This document shows, piece after piece, positions 19,883 to 29,875 of a stretch of DNA of 64,000 nt (the stretch's first letter is position 1; each line of letters starts with the position of its first letter). The translations under genes and the position numbers were made by a program. The DNA lies in contig CBDCQT010000013.1 of the NCBI GenBank assembly GCA_965220745.1, forward strand, positions 256,001-320,000. The letters are read 5' to 3'. The DNA comes from Alphaproteobacteria bacterium (GTDB lineage: Bacteria; Pseudomonadota; Alphaproteobacteria; UBA828). The notes under the pieces were generated by a model. The model worked only from the letters and a program-made list of their open reading frames with translations, searched no databases and had not been told where the DNA came from.

Positions 19883-21190
19883 ATGCGCAAGACCAGTAGC
19901 GACACGAGCAAGACGGGCGTGAGCCGCCGTTCGCTCCTCAAGGGGACGGCGGCCGTGGCCGGTGTTGCTGCTGCGACCCAGCTTACGGGCGGTTTCCCGA
20001 CCGTATGGTCGCAGGACATCAAGGACCTGACCCTCCGGTCGACCGGCGGGCCGTGGTCGCATTTCCAGCTTCTGGAGAACATGGCCAACGAGGACCTCGA
20101 CTTCACGGTCCAGCTCACTCCCGTCGGCCTCGACGAGATTCAGAAGCGGGGTCTGACTCAGACCGGGTCGTCCGACCTGTTCGAGCCGGCCTATCTGCAG
20201 ATGAAGTTCTTCTGGCCCACCGGCAAGTTCATGCCTTGGGACACCACCAAGCTGCCCGAGTGGGACAAGGTGGTCGACCTCTACAAGGCGCCGGGCAAGA
20301 TCTGGCCCGATGCGTGGTTCGGCCAAGGGCAGAACCCGAGCACCGTGTCGTACACGTCGGGACCCGACACCAATGATTTCGTGGAGGCGGGCTCGACGCA
20401 GTGGCTGACAGCCCATCCGGTGCTGCACAACGCCGATACGCTCGGCATCCGACCCGACCTGATTGGCCGGCCTATCGATTCCTGGGCCGAGCTGATCAAT
20501 CCGGAATTCGCCGGCAAGGCAGCGCTGGTGAGCTTCCCGACCATCGGCCTGATGGACGCGGCGACAGCCTTCGAGGCGGCCGGTGAAATCACCTATGGTG
20601 ACAAGGGCAACATGACCCAGGACGAAATCGACTACAGCGTCGAGCGTCTGATCCAGCTCAAGAACGACGGCCACTGGCGTGCGCTTTGGTCGGCCTTCAA
20701 CGAGTCGGTCCAGCTCATGGTCAACGGCGAGGTAGTGATCCAGTCCATGTGGTCGCCGGCGGTCACGGCCGTGCGGGCCCAGGGCGTGCCCTGCATCTAT
20801 CAGGACCTGAAGGAGGGATATCGCTCCTGGACCACGGGCCACGTCCTGCCCAACCATCTCGAGGGCAAGATGATCGGCGCGGCTTACGACTACGTGACCT
20901 GGTATCACACGGGTCGTGTCGGCGCCATGTTCGCCAGGCAGGGCTACTACGTAGTCACGCCCGACAACACAAGGAAGGTGCTGCCCGAGGCCGAATGGGA
21001 CTTCTGGTACGAGGGCAAGCCGGCGACGGTCGAAATCTACGACCCGTTTGGCAACCTGATGGAGAAGCCCGGCACGATCCGCGACGGCGGCTCGTACAAG
21101 AACCGCATGGGCCGTGTCGCCATCTGGAACTCCACCATGGACGAGAACAAGTACCTGACCAGGCGGTGGGCCGAATTCATCGCCGCGTAG
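19883..21190 (+). CDS. Tat-exported substrate-binding protein (PotD/PotF-like)
   Basis: SRRSLLK twin-arginine signal; position within the ABC operon. Confidence 0.85.
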   Translation: MRKTSSDTSKTGVSRRSLLKGTAAVAGVAAATQLTGGFPTVWSQDIKDLTLRSTGGPWSHFQLLENMANEDLDFTVQLTPVGLDEIQKRGLTQTGSSDLFEPAYLQMKFFWPTGKFMPWDTTKLPEWDKVVDLYKAPGKIWPDAWFGQGQNPSTVSYTSGPDTNDFVEAGSTQWLTAHPVLHNADTLGIRPDLIGRPIDSWAELINPEFAGKAALVSFPTIGLMDAATAFEAAGEITYGDKGNMTQDEIDYSVERLIQLKNDGHWRALWSAFNESVQLMVNGEVVIQSMWSPAVTAVRAQGVPCIYQDLKEGYRSWTTGHVLPNHLEGKMIGAAYDYVTWYHTGRVGAMFARQGYYVVTPDNTRKVLPEAEWDFWYEGKPATVEIYDPFGNLMEKPGTIRDGGSYKNRMGRVAIWNSTMDENKYLTRRWAEFIAA

Positions 21191-21204
21191 ATTACGAAAC
21201 CGGA

Positions 21205-21239
21205 TGTGGGGCGTCTCCGGGCGCCCCACACTCTTTTTT
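21205..21239 (+). terminator. Intrinsic terminator-like hairpin after the SBP gene
   Basis: TGTGGGGCG...CGCCCCACA followed by CTCTTTTTT. Confidence 0.65.
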
Positions 21240-21285
21240 CTGCATTGCCCCCTGACAGGCCTTCAATGCCGATGAGAGCTGAACT

Positions 21286-22152
21286 ATGGTGCGCGTGATC
21301 ACTTCAGCGTTGCGATATCGCGCCGCGCTGCAGATCTCGCCGCTCAGCCTGGCGCTGCTGTTCTTCCTCGTAGGGCCCGTGATCATGATCATGATCATGA
21401 GCTTCTACGAATTCACCGGGTTCATGACCGTTCCGGATGCCACGCTCGAGAATTACATCGAGCTGTTCACCTCAAGCCTGACGGGCGTCAATTACCTGCA
21501 GACCCTGAAGATGGTCGGGATCACCTGGGTGGTGACCCTGGTCCTCGGTTTCACCTTGGCCTATTTCCTGGTCTTCGATCTTGTCGAGTTGCGAACGAAG
21601 CTGCTGCTGTTCCTGCTGTGCGTGGTGCCGTTCTGGACCTCCAGCGTCATTCGGATGGTGGCGTGGGTGCCTTTCCTCGGCAAGGAAGGCATCATCAATA
21701 AGTTCGTGATCTGGACCGGCATTTCCTCCGAGCCGCTCCAGTTCCTTCTGTTTTCCGAATTCGCTGTGTTCCTCTCCTACATTCAAATCTTCACGCTGTT
21801 CATGATGGCGCCGCTCTTCAACGTCATGGCCCGAATCAACCGCGACCTGATCGAGGCGGCGCGGGACAACGGCGCGTCCGGGATTCAAATCCTGTGGCAC
21901 GTGATTATCCCGCTCTGCAAGCCCGGCATCGCCATTGGCACGATCTTCGTCGTCAGCCTGGTGGCCAGCGATTTCGCGGCGGTCAGCCTCCTCGGCGGCC
22001 AGCGCGTCGGCACCGTTTCGATCTCCATGATCATTCAGATGAACATGGCGCAATATCCCCCCAGCAGCGCGACGGGAGTGATCCTGCTGGTTGTGGTTCT
22101 CCTGATCGTGGGCGGCATCATGCGCATGGTGGACGTGAGGAAGCAGCTGTGA
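21286..22152 (+). CDS. ABC permease (PotB-like)
   Basis: VPFWTS..IR; EAA motif LIEAARDNGAS. Confidence 0.9.
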   Translation: MVRVITSALRYRAALQISPLSLALLFFLVGPVIMIMIMSFYEFTGFMTVPDATLENYIELFTSSLTGVNYLQTLKMVGITWVVTLVLGFTLAYFLVFDLVELRTKLLLFLLCVVPFWTSSVIRMVAWVPFLGKEGIINKFVIWTGISSEPLQFLLFSEFAVFLSYIQIFTLFMMAPLFNVMARINRDLIEAARDNGASGIQILWHVIIPLCKPGIAIGTIFVVSLVASDFAAVSLLGGQRVGTVSISMIIQMNMAQYPPSSATGVILLVVVLLIVGGIMRMVDVRKQL

Positions 22153-23024
22153 GCCAGAGAGCGGAATTCCGCCGGGCACCCGGCTACTGGCCGCGCGCGG
22201 CCTTGTTCTACGTGTACTTGCTGTTCCTCTACGGGCCGATCCTGATCATCGCCGTGCTGTCCTTTCAGGGACCGCTGGCCTCGATGACGTTCCCGATGCA
22301 GGGGCTCTCTCTTCACTGGTTCAGCGAGGTGGTCGATCCGGGCGGCTTCAGCCGCCAGGATTTTCGTATGCCCTTCGTGCGCTCGCTGATCCTCGCCATC
22401 ATCGTCATGGTCCTGACGATGGGGCTTTCGTTCCTGGCGGGGTTGGCTTTCCGCAAGAGCTTCAAGGGCAACATCGTTGTCTTCTACGTCGTGGTGGCGA
22501 GCCTGATCGCGCCGTCGGCGTTGATCAGCCTCGGCATCGGGCTGGGCTTCAACGAGCTCGGTCTGCAGAGCCAGTGGTATACCGGCGCCCTCGGCGCGCA
22601 TCTGAGCTGGACCCTGCCGTTCGGCGTTCTGATCATGCTGGCGATCTTCAGCCGCCTGGACCCGTCGCTGGAAGAGGCCGCGCGCGACCAGGGCGCGACC
22701 GAATGGCAGACTCTGCGCAACGTTATCGTGCCGATCACCCTGCCGGGCCTGATCGGCGTGGCGCTGTTCGGGTTCACGCTCTCTTACGACGAATACCCGC
22801 GCACCTCGACCATCGTGGGCGAATTCAACACGCTGCCGGTCGAGGTGATGAACACGATCAACATCGCGGCGACACCGGTCATCTACGCGATCGGAACCAT
22901 GACGACGCTGTTCTCGCTCTTGGTCATCTTCGCGAGCTTCCTCGCCGTCTACATCATTCAGAAGCGGCGGACCGGCGCTGGCTTGGGCATCGCCCGGAAG
23001 GCCGCAAAGGCGGACAGCAGTTAA
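22149..23024 (+). CDS. ABC permease (PotC-like)
   Basis: GTG start overlapping the previous stop (GTGA); FLYGP, LEEAARDQGA, FTLSYDE. Confidence 0.9.
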   Translation: MSQRAEFRRAPGYWPRAALFYVYLLFLYGPILIIAVLSFQGPLASMTFPMQGLSLHWFSEVVDPGGFSRQDFRMPFVRSLILAIIVMVLTMGLSFLAGLAFRKSFKGNIVVFYVVVASLIAPSALISLGIGLGFNELGLQSQWYTGALGAHLSWTLPFGVLIMLAIFSRLDPSLEEAARDQGATEWQTLRNVIVPITLPGLIGVALFGFTLSYDEYPRTSTIVGEFNTLPVEVMNTINIAATPVIYAIGTMTTLFSLLVIFASFLAVYIIQKRRTGAGLGIARKAAKADSS

Positions 23025-23126
23025 TTCGGGCCGCGGGCGCGGGCCGGGGTCGGCAGGAGCCGGCCACCGGCCGTTGCGGTGCGCCAGCCCGGCTATGACC
23101 GAACCCGGCGATCGGGAGGAGGAAGA

Positions 23127-25181
23127 ATGGCTTTTCGCTTAGGGGTGGACGTCGGCGGGACGTTCACCGATCTCTTGCTGATCGACGAATCGAGCGGTGG
23201 CACCTACCGCGCGAAGGTGCCCTCCACTCCGCAGGATTCCTCGATCGGCGTGCTCAACGGTATCGAGCGGGTGTGCGATAACGCGGGCGTCGAGCCAGCC
23301 TCGATCACCCACGTGATGCACGGCACCACGGTCGCGACCAACACCATCCTGGAAGGGAAGGGCGCTCGCGTTGGCATCGTGACCACCGAGGGTTACGGGC
23401 AGATGCTGCAGATCGCCCGCTCCTTCGTGCCCGGCATCCTCGCCGGCTGGATCATCTGGCCCAAGCCCGAGCCCCTGGCGCCACTAGATCTCACCGTCGA
23501 GGCGAAGGAGCGCACCGGCGCGCGGGGCGACGTGGTCCGCGAGCTGAACGAGGACGATCTGCGCGAGAAGCTCACCCATCTCAAGACGAAGGGGATCGAG
23601 GCGCTGACCGTCTGCCTGATGAACGCCTACGCCGGCGGCATCCACGAAGAGCAGATCCGCGAGATCGCCCACGAGGTGATGCCCGGCGTGCCGGTCTCGA
23701 TCTCCTCCGAAGTCCTGCCGGAGATGTACGAGTACGAGCGCGCGATCACCACGGTCGCCAACTCCTACGTGGCACCGGTGGTTCAGGTCTACGTCCGCAA
23801 CCTGGAGCAGGAGCTGAAGCAGCGCAAAATCGACGCCCACCTTCACATCCTGCGCTCGGACGGCGGCCTCGCCTCGGTCGAGGCCAGCCGCAACTCGCCG
23901 GTGAACGTGCTGATGAGCGGGCCTGCCGGCGGTGTCGCCGGCGCGCTCTGGATCGCCAAGCAGGCCGGCTACCAGAACCTGCTCACGCTCGATATGGGCG
24001 GCACGTCCACCGATGTGGCGCTAATTCTCGACGGCGTGCCGCGCAAGCGGCGGGAGACCACGGTGGGCGATGTCACCGTGCGCGCGCCCTCCCTCGATGT
24101 GCGTACCGTGGGCGCGGGTGGCGGCTCGATCGCCCATGTGCCCGAGATCACGCGCGCGCTTCGTGTCGGGCCGCAGAGCGCGGGCGCCGATCCGGGGCCT
24201 GCGGCCTACGGGATGGGCGGCGACCAGCCGACCGTCACCGATGCCAACGTCGTTCTCGGCTATCTGCCGAGCGAGCTGATCGGCGGCGAGATGAAGCTCG
24301 ATGTCGATGCCGCCGTCAACGCGGTGCAGACCGTCGCCACGGCTTTGGGTCTCGATCTCAAGCGGGCTGCGGCCGGCATCATCGACATCGTCAACGAGAA
24401 CATGTTCGGTGCGCTCAGGCTGGTTTCGGTGCAGCAGGGCTTCGATCCGCGCGACTTCGCGCTGATCGCCTTCGGCGGGGCCGGGCCGCTGCACGCCAAC
24501 GCGCTCGCCAAGCTGATGAACTCGTGGCCGGTCATCATCCCGCCCTCGCCCGGTGTGCTCTGCGCCTACGGCGACGCCACCACGCGGGTGACCGACGAGG
24601 CCTCCATGAGCTTCGTGCGGCGCTTCTCGGAGACCTCGGACGCCGAGGTGCGCGGTATCCTCGATGATCTTGAGGCCCGCGCTAGGCAGGAGCTCGATGC
24701 CGAGGGCATCGCGCGCGAGGACCAGACCGTGCAGTACGAGGTGGACCTGCGCTACCACGGCCAGGGGCTGCAGTTGCCCGTAAGCTTCACGGCCGAGGAG
24801 TTCGAGCGCGAGGGCCTCGCCTGGCTCGCGAAGCAGTTCGACGACGAGCACACCCAGCTCTTCACCTTCGCCCTCGACGCCGAGCACGAGATCGTGACGC
24901 TGCGCGCGATCATGCGGGGCGCCGAGACCTTCGTCGAGGCCGGTCACGTGGCCGAGGGCGGCGCCGATCCGTCGGCGGCCAAGGTTGCGAGCGGCACGGT
25001 TTATGTCGACAATCGCGACCAGGAGGCCGCCGTCTACGACCGCGGCAAGCTCCAGGCCGGCAACCGGATCGAGGGGCCGGCGATCGTGACCGAGATGGAT
25101 TCGACGACGCTGGTATTGCCGGGCCATGTGGGCGTGGTCGACGGATACGGCAACATCATCATCAACCCGGTCGGCCACTGA
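23127..25181 (+). CDS. hyuA: Hydantoinase/oxoprolinase subunit A (N-methylhydantoinase A-like)
   Basis: [48 protein letters not shown]. Confidence 0.92.
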   Translation: MAFRLGVDVGGTFTDLLLIDESSGGTYRAKVPSTPQDSSIGVLNGIERVCDNAGVEPASITHVMHGTTVATNTILEGKGARVGIVTTEGYGQMLQIARSFVPGILAGWIIWPKPEPLAPLDLTVEAKERTGARGDVVRELNEDDLREKLTHLKTKGIEALTVCLMNAYAGGIHEEQIREIAHEVMPGVPVSISSEVLPEMYEYERAITTVANSYVAPVVQVYVRNLEQELKQRKIDAHLHILRSDGGLASVEASRNSPVNVLMSGPAGGVAGALWIAKQAGYQNLLTLDMGGTSTDVALILDGVPRKRRETTVGDVTVRAPSLDVRTVGAGGGSIAHVPEITRALRVGPQSAGADPGPAAYGMGGDQPTVTDANVVLGYLPSELIGGEMKLDVDAAVNAVQTVATALGLDLKRAAAGIIDIVNENMFGALRLVSVQQGFDPRDFALIAFGGAGPLHANALAKLMNSWPVIIPPSPGVLCAYGDATTRVTDEASMSFVRRFSETSDAEVRGILDDLEARARQELDAEGIAREDQTVQYEVDLRYHGQGLQLPVSFTAEEFEREGLAWLAKQFDDEHTQLFTFALDAEHEIVTLRAIMRGAETFVEAGHVAEGGADPSAAKVASGTVYVDNRDQEAAVYDRGKLQAGNRIEGPAIVTEMDSTTLVLPGHVGVVDGYGNIIINPVGH

Positions 25182-25198
25182 GGCGGGGGAGAAGCGAC

Positions 25199-27124
25199 AT
25201 GCCAGTCACCATCGTCCAGACCAACGACGCGCCGTTCGAGCCGGTCGACATGGATCCGATCACTCTCGACATCATCGAGAGCGCGCTGCGCAGCGCCCGC
25301 TACGAGATGGACGCGGTGCTCTACCGCACCGCCATGTCTCCCGGAATCCGCGAGCAGCACGACGAGTTCCCGATGATCGCCAACCCCGACGGCAAGATGG
25401 TCGTCGGCCAGTTCGGCTCCTTCATCCACGGCTTCAAGCGCGAGTACGACGGCACCATCGAAGAAGGCGACATCTTCCTCACCTCCGATCCCTACAGCTG
25501 TGCCGGCGCGATCAGCCATGCGCCGGACTGGCTCATCCTGCGCCCGGTCTATCGCGACGGCCGGCTGATTGCCTACGCCTCGATGTTCGGCCACATGACC
25601 GATGTCGGCGGCAAGGTGCCCGGCAGCCTGCCCACCGACGCCAACCAGATCTACGAGGAAGGCGTCGTCATCCCCATCGTCAAGATATACAAGAACGATG
25701 AGCTGCAGGAAGACGTGCTGAAGGTGATCCTGCACCAGTGCAGGATGCCGCAGTGGAACCGGAGCGACTTCAACGCGCTGATCGCCGCCGTGCGCCTCGC
25801 CGAGAAGCGCATTCACGAGCTCTGCGATCGCTTCGGCGTCGATACCGTGATCGCTGCGATGGACGAGCTGCTGGAGCGCAACCGCCGCGCGATGCTGCAC
25901 CTGATCCGCAACACCGTGGGCGAGGACGAGACGCTCTACTTCGAGGACTACATCTGCGACGACGGCCTCGGCATGGGCCCCTACAAGATGGCCTGCAAGA
26001 TGTGGCGCGACGGCGACATCCTGGTGTTCGACTTCGACGGCACCGATCCGCAGTCGGAAAGCTCGATCAACTTCTTCCTCAACGAAGAAATGTTCAAGAT
26101 GTTCGTCGGCGTTTACATGATTAACGTCTTCGATCCGCAGATCATGTTCAACGACGGCTTCTACGACCATGTCGATGTGAAGATCCCGCCGGGCACGCTG
26201 CTGAAGCCGCTGAAGCCGGCGGCGCTCTCCTCGCGCACCCACGCCTTGGGCCGCATCTTCGACGTGCTGGGCGGCCTGCTCGGCCAGCGCGCGCCCAACC
26301 TCATGGTGGCGGCCGGCTTCTCCGACAGCCCGCACTTCATGTATTCGGGCTATTCGAGCGAAGGCGAGTGGTACCAGCTCTACCAGATCGGCTTCGGCGG
26401 CATCCCCGGCCGCCCGGCCGGCGACGGCCCCGACGGGCACTCGCTCTGGCCCTCGTTCACCAACGTTCCCAACGAGTTCCTGGAGGCGTACTTCCCGCTC
26501 CGCATCGAGGTCTACGAGACCATCGCCGATTCCGGCGGGCCCGGCCTCCATCGCGGCGGCAACGGCGTCACCATCGGCTACCGCGCGCTCGAGCCCGGCG
26601 AGATGTCGCTGCACGACGACCGCTGGCTCACCTATCCGTGGGGCGTCAACGGCGGCCTGCCGGGCGGGCGCAGCCGGAAGGAAATCCACCGCGCGGACGG
26701 CTCCTTCGAGGTGCTGCCGTCCAAGTGCGACCACGTGAAGGTCGAGGCCGGCGACCTGCTGCTCTTCAAGACCTGGGGCGGCGGCGGCTGGGGCGATCCG
26801 CTGGAGCGCGATCCCGCCCTGGTGGCGCTGGAGGTCGAGCGCGGTCTGGTCACGCGCGCGGGCGCCGAGCGCTACGGCGTGTTGCTGCGCGACGACCTGA
26901 TGGTGGACGAGGAGGCGACGACTGCGCTCCGCGACAAGCTCCGCGCCGCTCGCGGCGAGGTGCAGCTTTTCGATCGCGGCGGCACCGTCGAGGAGCTGCG
27001 CGCGCGCTGCCTGGCGGAGACCGAGCTGGCGCCGCCCAAGCCGCCGGAGTTCAACCGGCGTGTCCTGCGCTTCCTGCAGGAGCGGGAGGCCAAGGCCGCC
27101 GAAGCCGGCGCCGCGGCGGAGTAG
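25199..27124 (+). CDS. hyuB: Hydantoinase/oxoprolinase subunit B
   Basis: DPITLDII, SDPYS...SHAPD, GHMTDVGG, TWGGGGWGDPLER. Confidence 0.92.
   Translation: MPVTIVQTNDAPFEPVDMDPITLDIIESALRSARYEMDAVLYRTAMSPGIREQHDEFPMIANPDGKMVVGQFGSFIHGFKREYDGTIEEGDIFLTSDPYSCAGAISHAPDWLILRPVYRDGRLIAYASMFGHMTDVGGKVPGSLPTDANQIYEEGVVIPIVKIYKNDELQEDVLKVILHQCRMPQWNRSDFNALIAAVRLAEKRIHELCDRFGVDTVIAAMDELLERNRRAMLHLIRNTVGEDETLYFEDYICDDGLGMGPYKMACKMWRDGDILVFDFDGTDPQSESSINFFLNEEMFKMFVGVYMINVFDPQIMFNDGFYDHVDVKIPPGTLLKPLKPAALSSRTHALGRIFDVLGGLLGQRAPNLMVAAGFSDSPHFMYSGYSSEGEWYQLYQIGFGGIPGRPAGDGPDGHSLWPSFTNVPNEFLEAYFPLRIEVYETIADSGGPGLHRGGNGVTIGYRALEPGEMSLHDDRWLTYPWGVNGGLPGGRSRKEIHRADGSFEVLPSKCDHVKVEAGDLLLFKTWGGGGWGDPLERDPALVALEVERGLVTRAGAERYGVLLRDDLMVDEEATTALRDKLRAARGEVQLFDRGGTVEELRARCLAETELAPPKPPEFNRRVLRFLQEREAKAAEAGAAAE
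26927..26970 (+). repeat. hyuB segment that recurs in diverged form at 28187-28230
   Basis: Encodes LRDKLRAARGEVQL; 36/44 nt identical to 28187-28230. Confidence 0.75.
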
Positions 27125-27153
27125 GGCGCCCGCGCCACTCCGATTTCAAACGG

Positions 27154-27183
27154 AGAGAGGGGGCCGCACGGCCCCCTCTTTCT
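27154..27183. terminator. Terminator hairpin between convergent genes
   Basis: AGAGGGGGCC-GCAC-GGCCCCCTCT followed by TTCT. Confidence 0.7.
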
Positions 27184-27270
27184 ATAGGAATCAGATAGTT
27201 AGACTAACGACAAAAGGAGTGTATCCGGTCGGGCTTCGCCATACAGATAGTCGGCGATGCCGGTGGATTT

Positions 27271-28101
27271 CTAGCCGGTCGGCAGATCGCCCTTGAGAAG
27301 GTCTGTCCACAACTCGCCCGTGCAGCGATCGCCAGACCAGCCGCAGCCATCCGGTGCATAGACAACTCTGTTCTGGGCGTTGGAATCGTCCTCATAGGAA
27401 CGCCACAGTCGTACGGACACGGCGTCGGGCCGGTCGACTTGAAGCCGATCGTAAGCTGCCCGCATCATGGTTTTGACTGCGGTCCTAGACGTCGGATCGG
27501 CGCCGGGTATTTCTATCTCCAGCGTGACGCGCCGGCGGACCTGGCCGAAGGAGTTGTCGTTCTCCTTCACGAGGACATAGACCATAGGTGACCCATCACC
27601 GTTGTCGGAGAGTAACTCTGAGGGCGCTTCCGCCACTACATCTGCGAAATCCACTGCGGCGACGGTCGAGACATCTTCGGGCTGCGAGTCTGGTACGACA
27701 GCCATCGCGTCGAGACCGGGCTGTTCATCTGTCGGGAGACCCTGAAACACGTAGCTGGATGGCTCAACTCCTCCACTGAGCGCGAGAACGGTATCGAGGT
27801 TGGTCTCCACACGGGTGAGGCGTTGTTTGATGCCACCGAGCCGCTGGTCCACCGCAGAGATGCGCTGGTCAAACCCGTCAACGCGCTCTTCCAGGCGCGC
27901 GAGGGTCTGGTCGATACTGCCAAGCTTCGGCTCAAGCACAGCTACACGCTGACCAACGTCGGCAACGTCGCCGCGCAAACTGTCGACGCTTGTGCCCAAA
28001 GCGCGAATGTCAGCCTGAGTGATGGAGTGCAAGCCGACGGTGACGCCGATGATCACCACGCCGACGCCGATCAATGCTATCGTCTGCTGCTCAAGTGCCA
28101 T
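27271..28101 (-). CDS. Hypothetical membrane-anchored coiled-coil protein, lower GC
   Basis: N-terminal hydrophobic helix, heptad region, acidic linker, C-terminal domain with YAPDGCGWSGDRC. Confidence 0.65.
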   Translation of the reverse strand: MALEQQTIALIGVGVVIIGVTVGLHSITQADIRALGTSVDSLRGDVADVGQRVAVLEPKLGSIDQTLARLEERVDGFDQRISAVDQRLGGIKQRLTRVETNLDTVLALSGGVEPSSYVFQGLPTDEQPGLDAMAVVPDSQPEDVSTVAAVDFADVVAEAPSELLSDNGDGSPMVYVLVKENDNSFGQVRRRVTLEIEIPGADPTSRTAVKTMMRAAYDRLQVDRPDAVSVRLWRSYEDDSNAQNRVVYAPDGCGWSGDRCTGELWTDLLKGDLPTG

Positions 28102-28186
28102 AAGAGTTCACGCCGAACTGGGAATGGCGCGCTGCTCTGATGACATTATGTCCAATATTTCACCATTTTCAATGGGCGCACCCAGC

Positions 28187-28230
28187 TTGCGCGACAAGAT
28201 GCGCGCGGCGCGAGGCGAGGTGCAGCTCTT
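28187..28230 (+). pseudogene. Remnant of a diverged hyuB 3' region
   Basis: Reads LRDKMRAARGEVQL; differences from 26927-26970 are mostly synonymous. Confidence 0.7.
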
Positions 28231-28411
28231 GGCGGTCTCGCGGGAATTGCCCGGGATTTAGGGGCTACGCGAGACGGGGAAGCGGGGGCTAAGGCCCTGC
28301 GCTGCCGCCAACCCTATACTGGTCTCGTGCCGACGGCGGGCCCGGCCCGTATTCCTCGCTACGATTGCGGCCTGTGTCGCTTCAGGTGAAGCGGAGAAGG
28401 GGAGAGGTGAC

Positions 28412-29713
28412 ATGGCGATGGACTTGATCGTGCGCGGCGCCAATCTGCCCGATGGGCGGGTCGGCGTGGACATCGGCGTGCAGGACGGGCGCATCGTCGC
28501 CGTGGAGCCGGCGCTCAAGGCCGAGGCCGGGCAGGAGATCGACGCCGCGGACCGGCTGGTCTCGCCGCCCTTCATCGACGCTCACTTCCACATGGATGCG
28601 ACGCTGGCGCGTGCGCTCACCGACGCTCTGCCGCGCCCCGACCAGGCCGGACTCCTCTTCGAGGGCATATACCTGTGGGATGAGCTGAAGAAGCAGTTGA
28701 CCCCGGAGGCGGTTGCCGAGCGGGCGATGACCTATTGCGACATGGCGATCGCCCAGGGAATCCAGGCGATTCGCAGCCATGTAGACGTTTGCGACGCGAG
28801 GCTGACGGGGGTCGAGGCGCTGCTGGAGGTCAAGCGCCGGGTCGCGCCGTACATCGACCTGCAGCTCATCGCCTTCCCGCAGATGGGCTACTACCGCTAC
28901 GCAGGCGCGCAGGAGCTCCTGCGACGCGCGCTCGACATGGGCGTCGAGGTGGTCGGCGGCATCCCGCATTTCGAGCGCTCGATGGCCGAGGGCACCGAGT
29001 CGGTGACCGAGCTCATGGAGATTGCGGCAGAGCGCGGGCTGCTGGTCGACATGCACTGCGACGAGACCGACGACCCCATGTCGCGCCACATCGAGACGCT
29101 GGCCAGGGAGACCCACCGCCTCGGCCTGCAGGGGCGGGTGACGGCCTCGCACCTGGCCTCCATGCACGTCATGGACAACTACTACGTCAGCAAGCTGATT
29201 CCGCTGATCGCGGAATCGGAGATCGGCGTGACCCCCAATCCCCTCACCAACATCGCGGCCTGGGGGCACAACAATGGCAGCTATCCGAAATGGCGCGGCA
29301 TGACACGCGTGCCGGAGCTGAGAGAGGCCGGCATCACGTTGGCCTTCGGTCAGGATTGCGTGATGGACCCGTGGTACGTCTACGGCTGCGCCGACATGCT
29401 GGAGGTCGCGCACATGGGCTCGCACGTGGCAGCCATGTTCGGGGCCGAAGAGGTGCGGGCCTGCTTCGACGCGATCACCGTGAACCCCGCCAGGATGATG
29501 CAGCTTGAGGGTTACGGGCTGGAGCCCGGCTGCCATGCCGACATGGTCGTGCTCCAGGCCGCGGACCCGCTTGAGGCGATCCGGCTCAGGGCAACACGGC
29601 TCGCGGTGATCCGGCGCGGCGAGGTGGTGGCGCGCACGCCTGCGGCCGTGACGGAGCTTGCCCTGCCGGGGCGGCCGAACACCGTGGCGCTGACCTACAA
29701 CCCGACCGACTAG
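28412..29713 (+). CDS. Cytosine/creatinine deaminase-like amidohydrolase (CodA family)
   Basis: FIDAHFHMD, RSHVD, AFPQ, GGIPHFE, MHCDETDD, GQD. Confidence 0.9.
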   Translation: MAMDLIVRGANLPDGRVGVDIGVQDGRIVAVEPALKAEAGQEIDAADRLVSPPFIDAHFHMDATLARALTDALPRPDQAGLLFEGIYLWDELKKQLTPEAVAERAMTYCDMAIAQGIQAIRSHVDVCDARLTGVEALLEVKRRVAPYIDLQLIAFPQMGYYRYAGAQELLRRALDMGVEVVGGIPHFERSMAEGTESVTELMEIAAERGLLVDMHCDETDDPMSRHIETLARETHRLGLQGRVTASHLASMHVMDNYYVSKLIPLIAESEIGVTPNPLTNIAAWGHNNGSYPKWRGMTRVPELREAGITLAFGQDCVMDPWYVYGCADMLEVAHMGSHVAAMFGAEEVRACFDAITVNPARMMQLEGYGLEPGCHADMVVLQAADPLEAIRLRATRLAVIRRGEVVARTPAAVTELALPGRPNTVALTYNPTD

Positions 29714-29749
29714 CGCGGGGACCGCGCGCGGCCGCGAAGGGTTGCGCGG

Positions 29750-29796
29750 TATCCCGGCATGTCCCGCATTGTCCCGGCGTGTCTCGCTTCGCCCCG
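29750..29796 (+). repeat. Dispersed intergenic element, copy B (10-bp-phased TCCCG boxes)
   Basis: TCCCG at 29752, 29762, 29772, TCTCG at 29782, CCCCG at 29792. Confidence 0.55.
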
Positions 29797-29875
29797 GTGC
29801 GGCGCCCGATAATGGTGTACACAAGGGGGCGACGGGCGGCCGGCAGCGGCCACGAGAACGGGAAAGGACGGAGCG

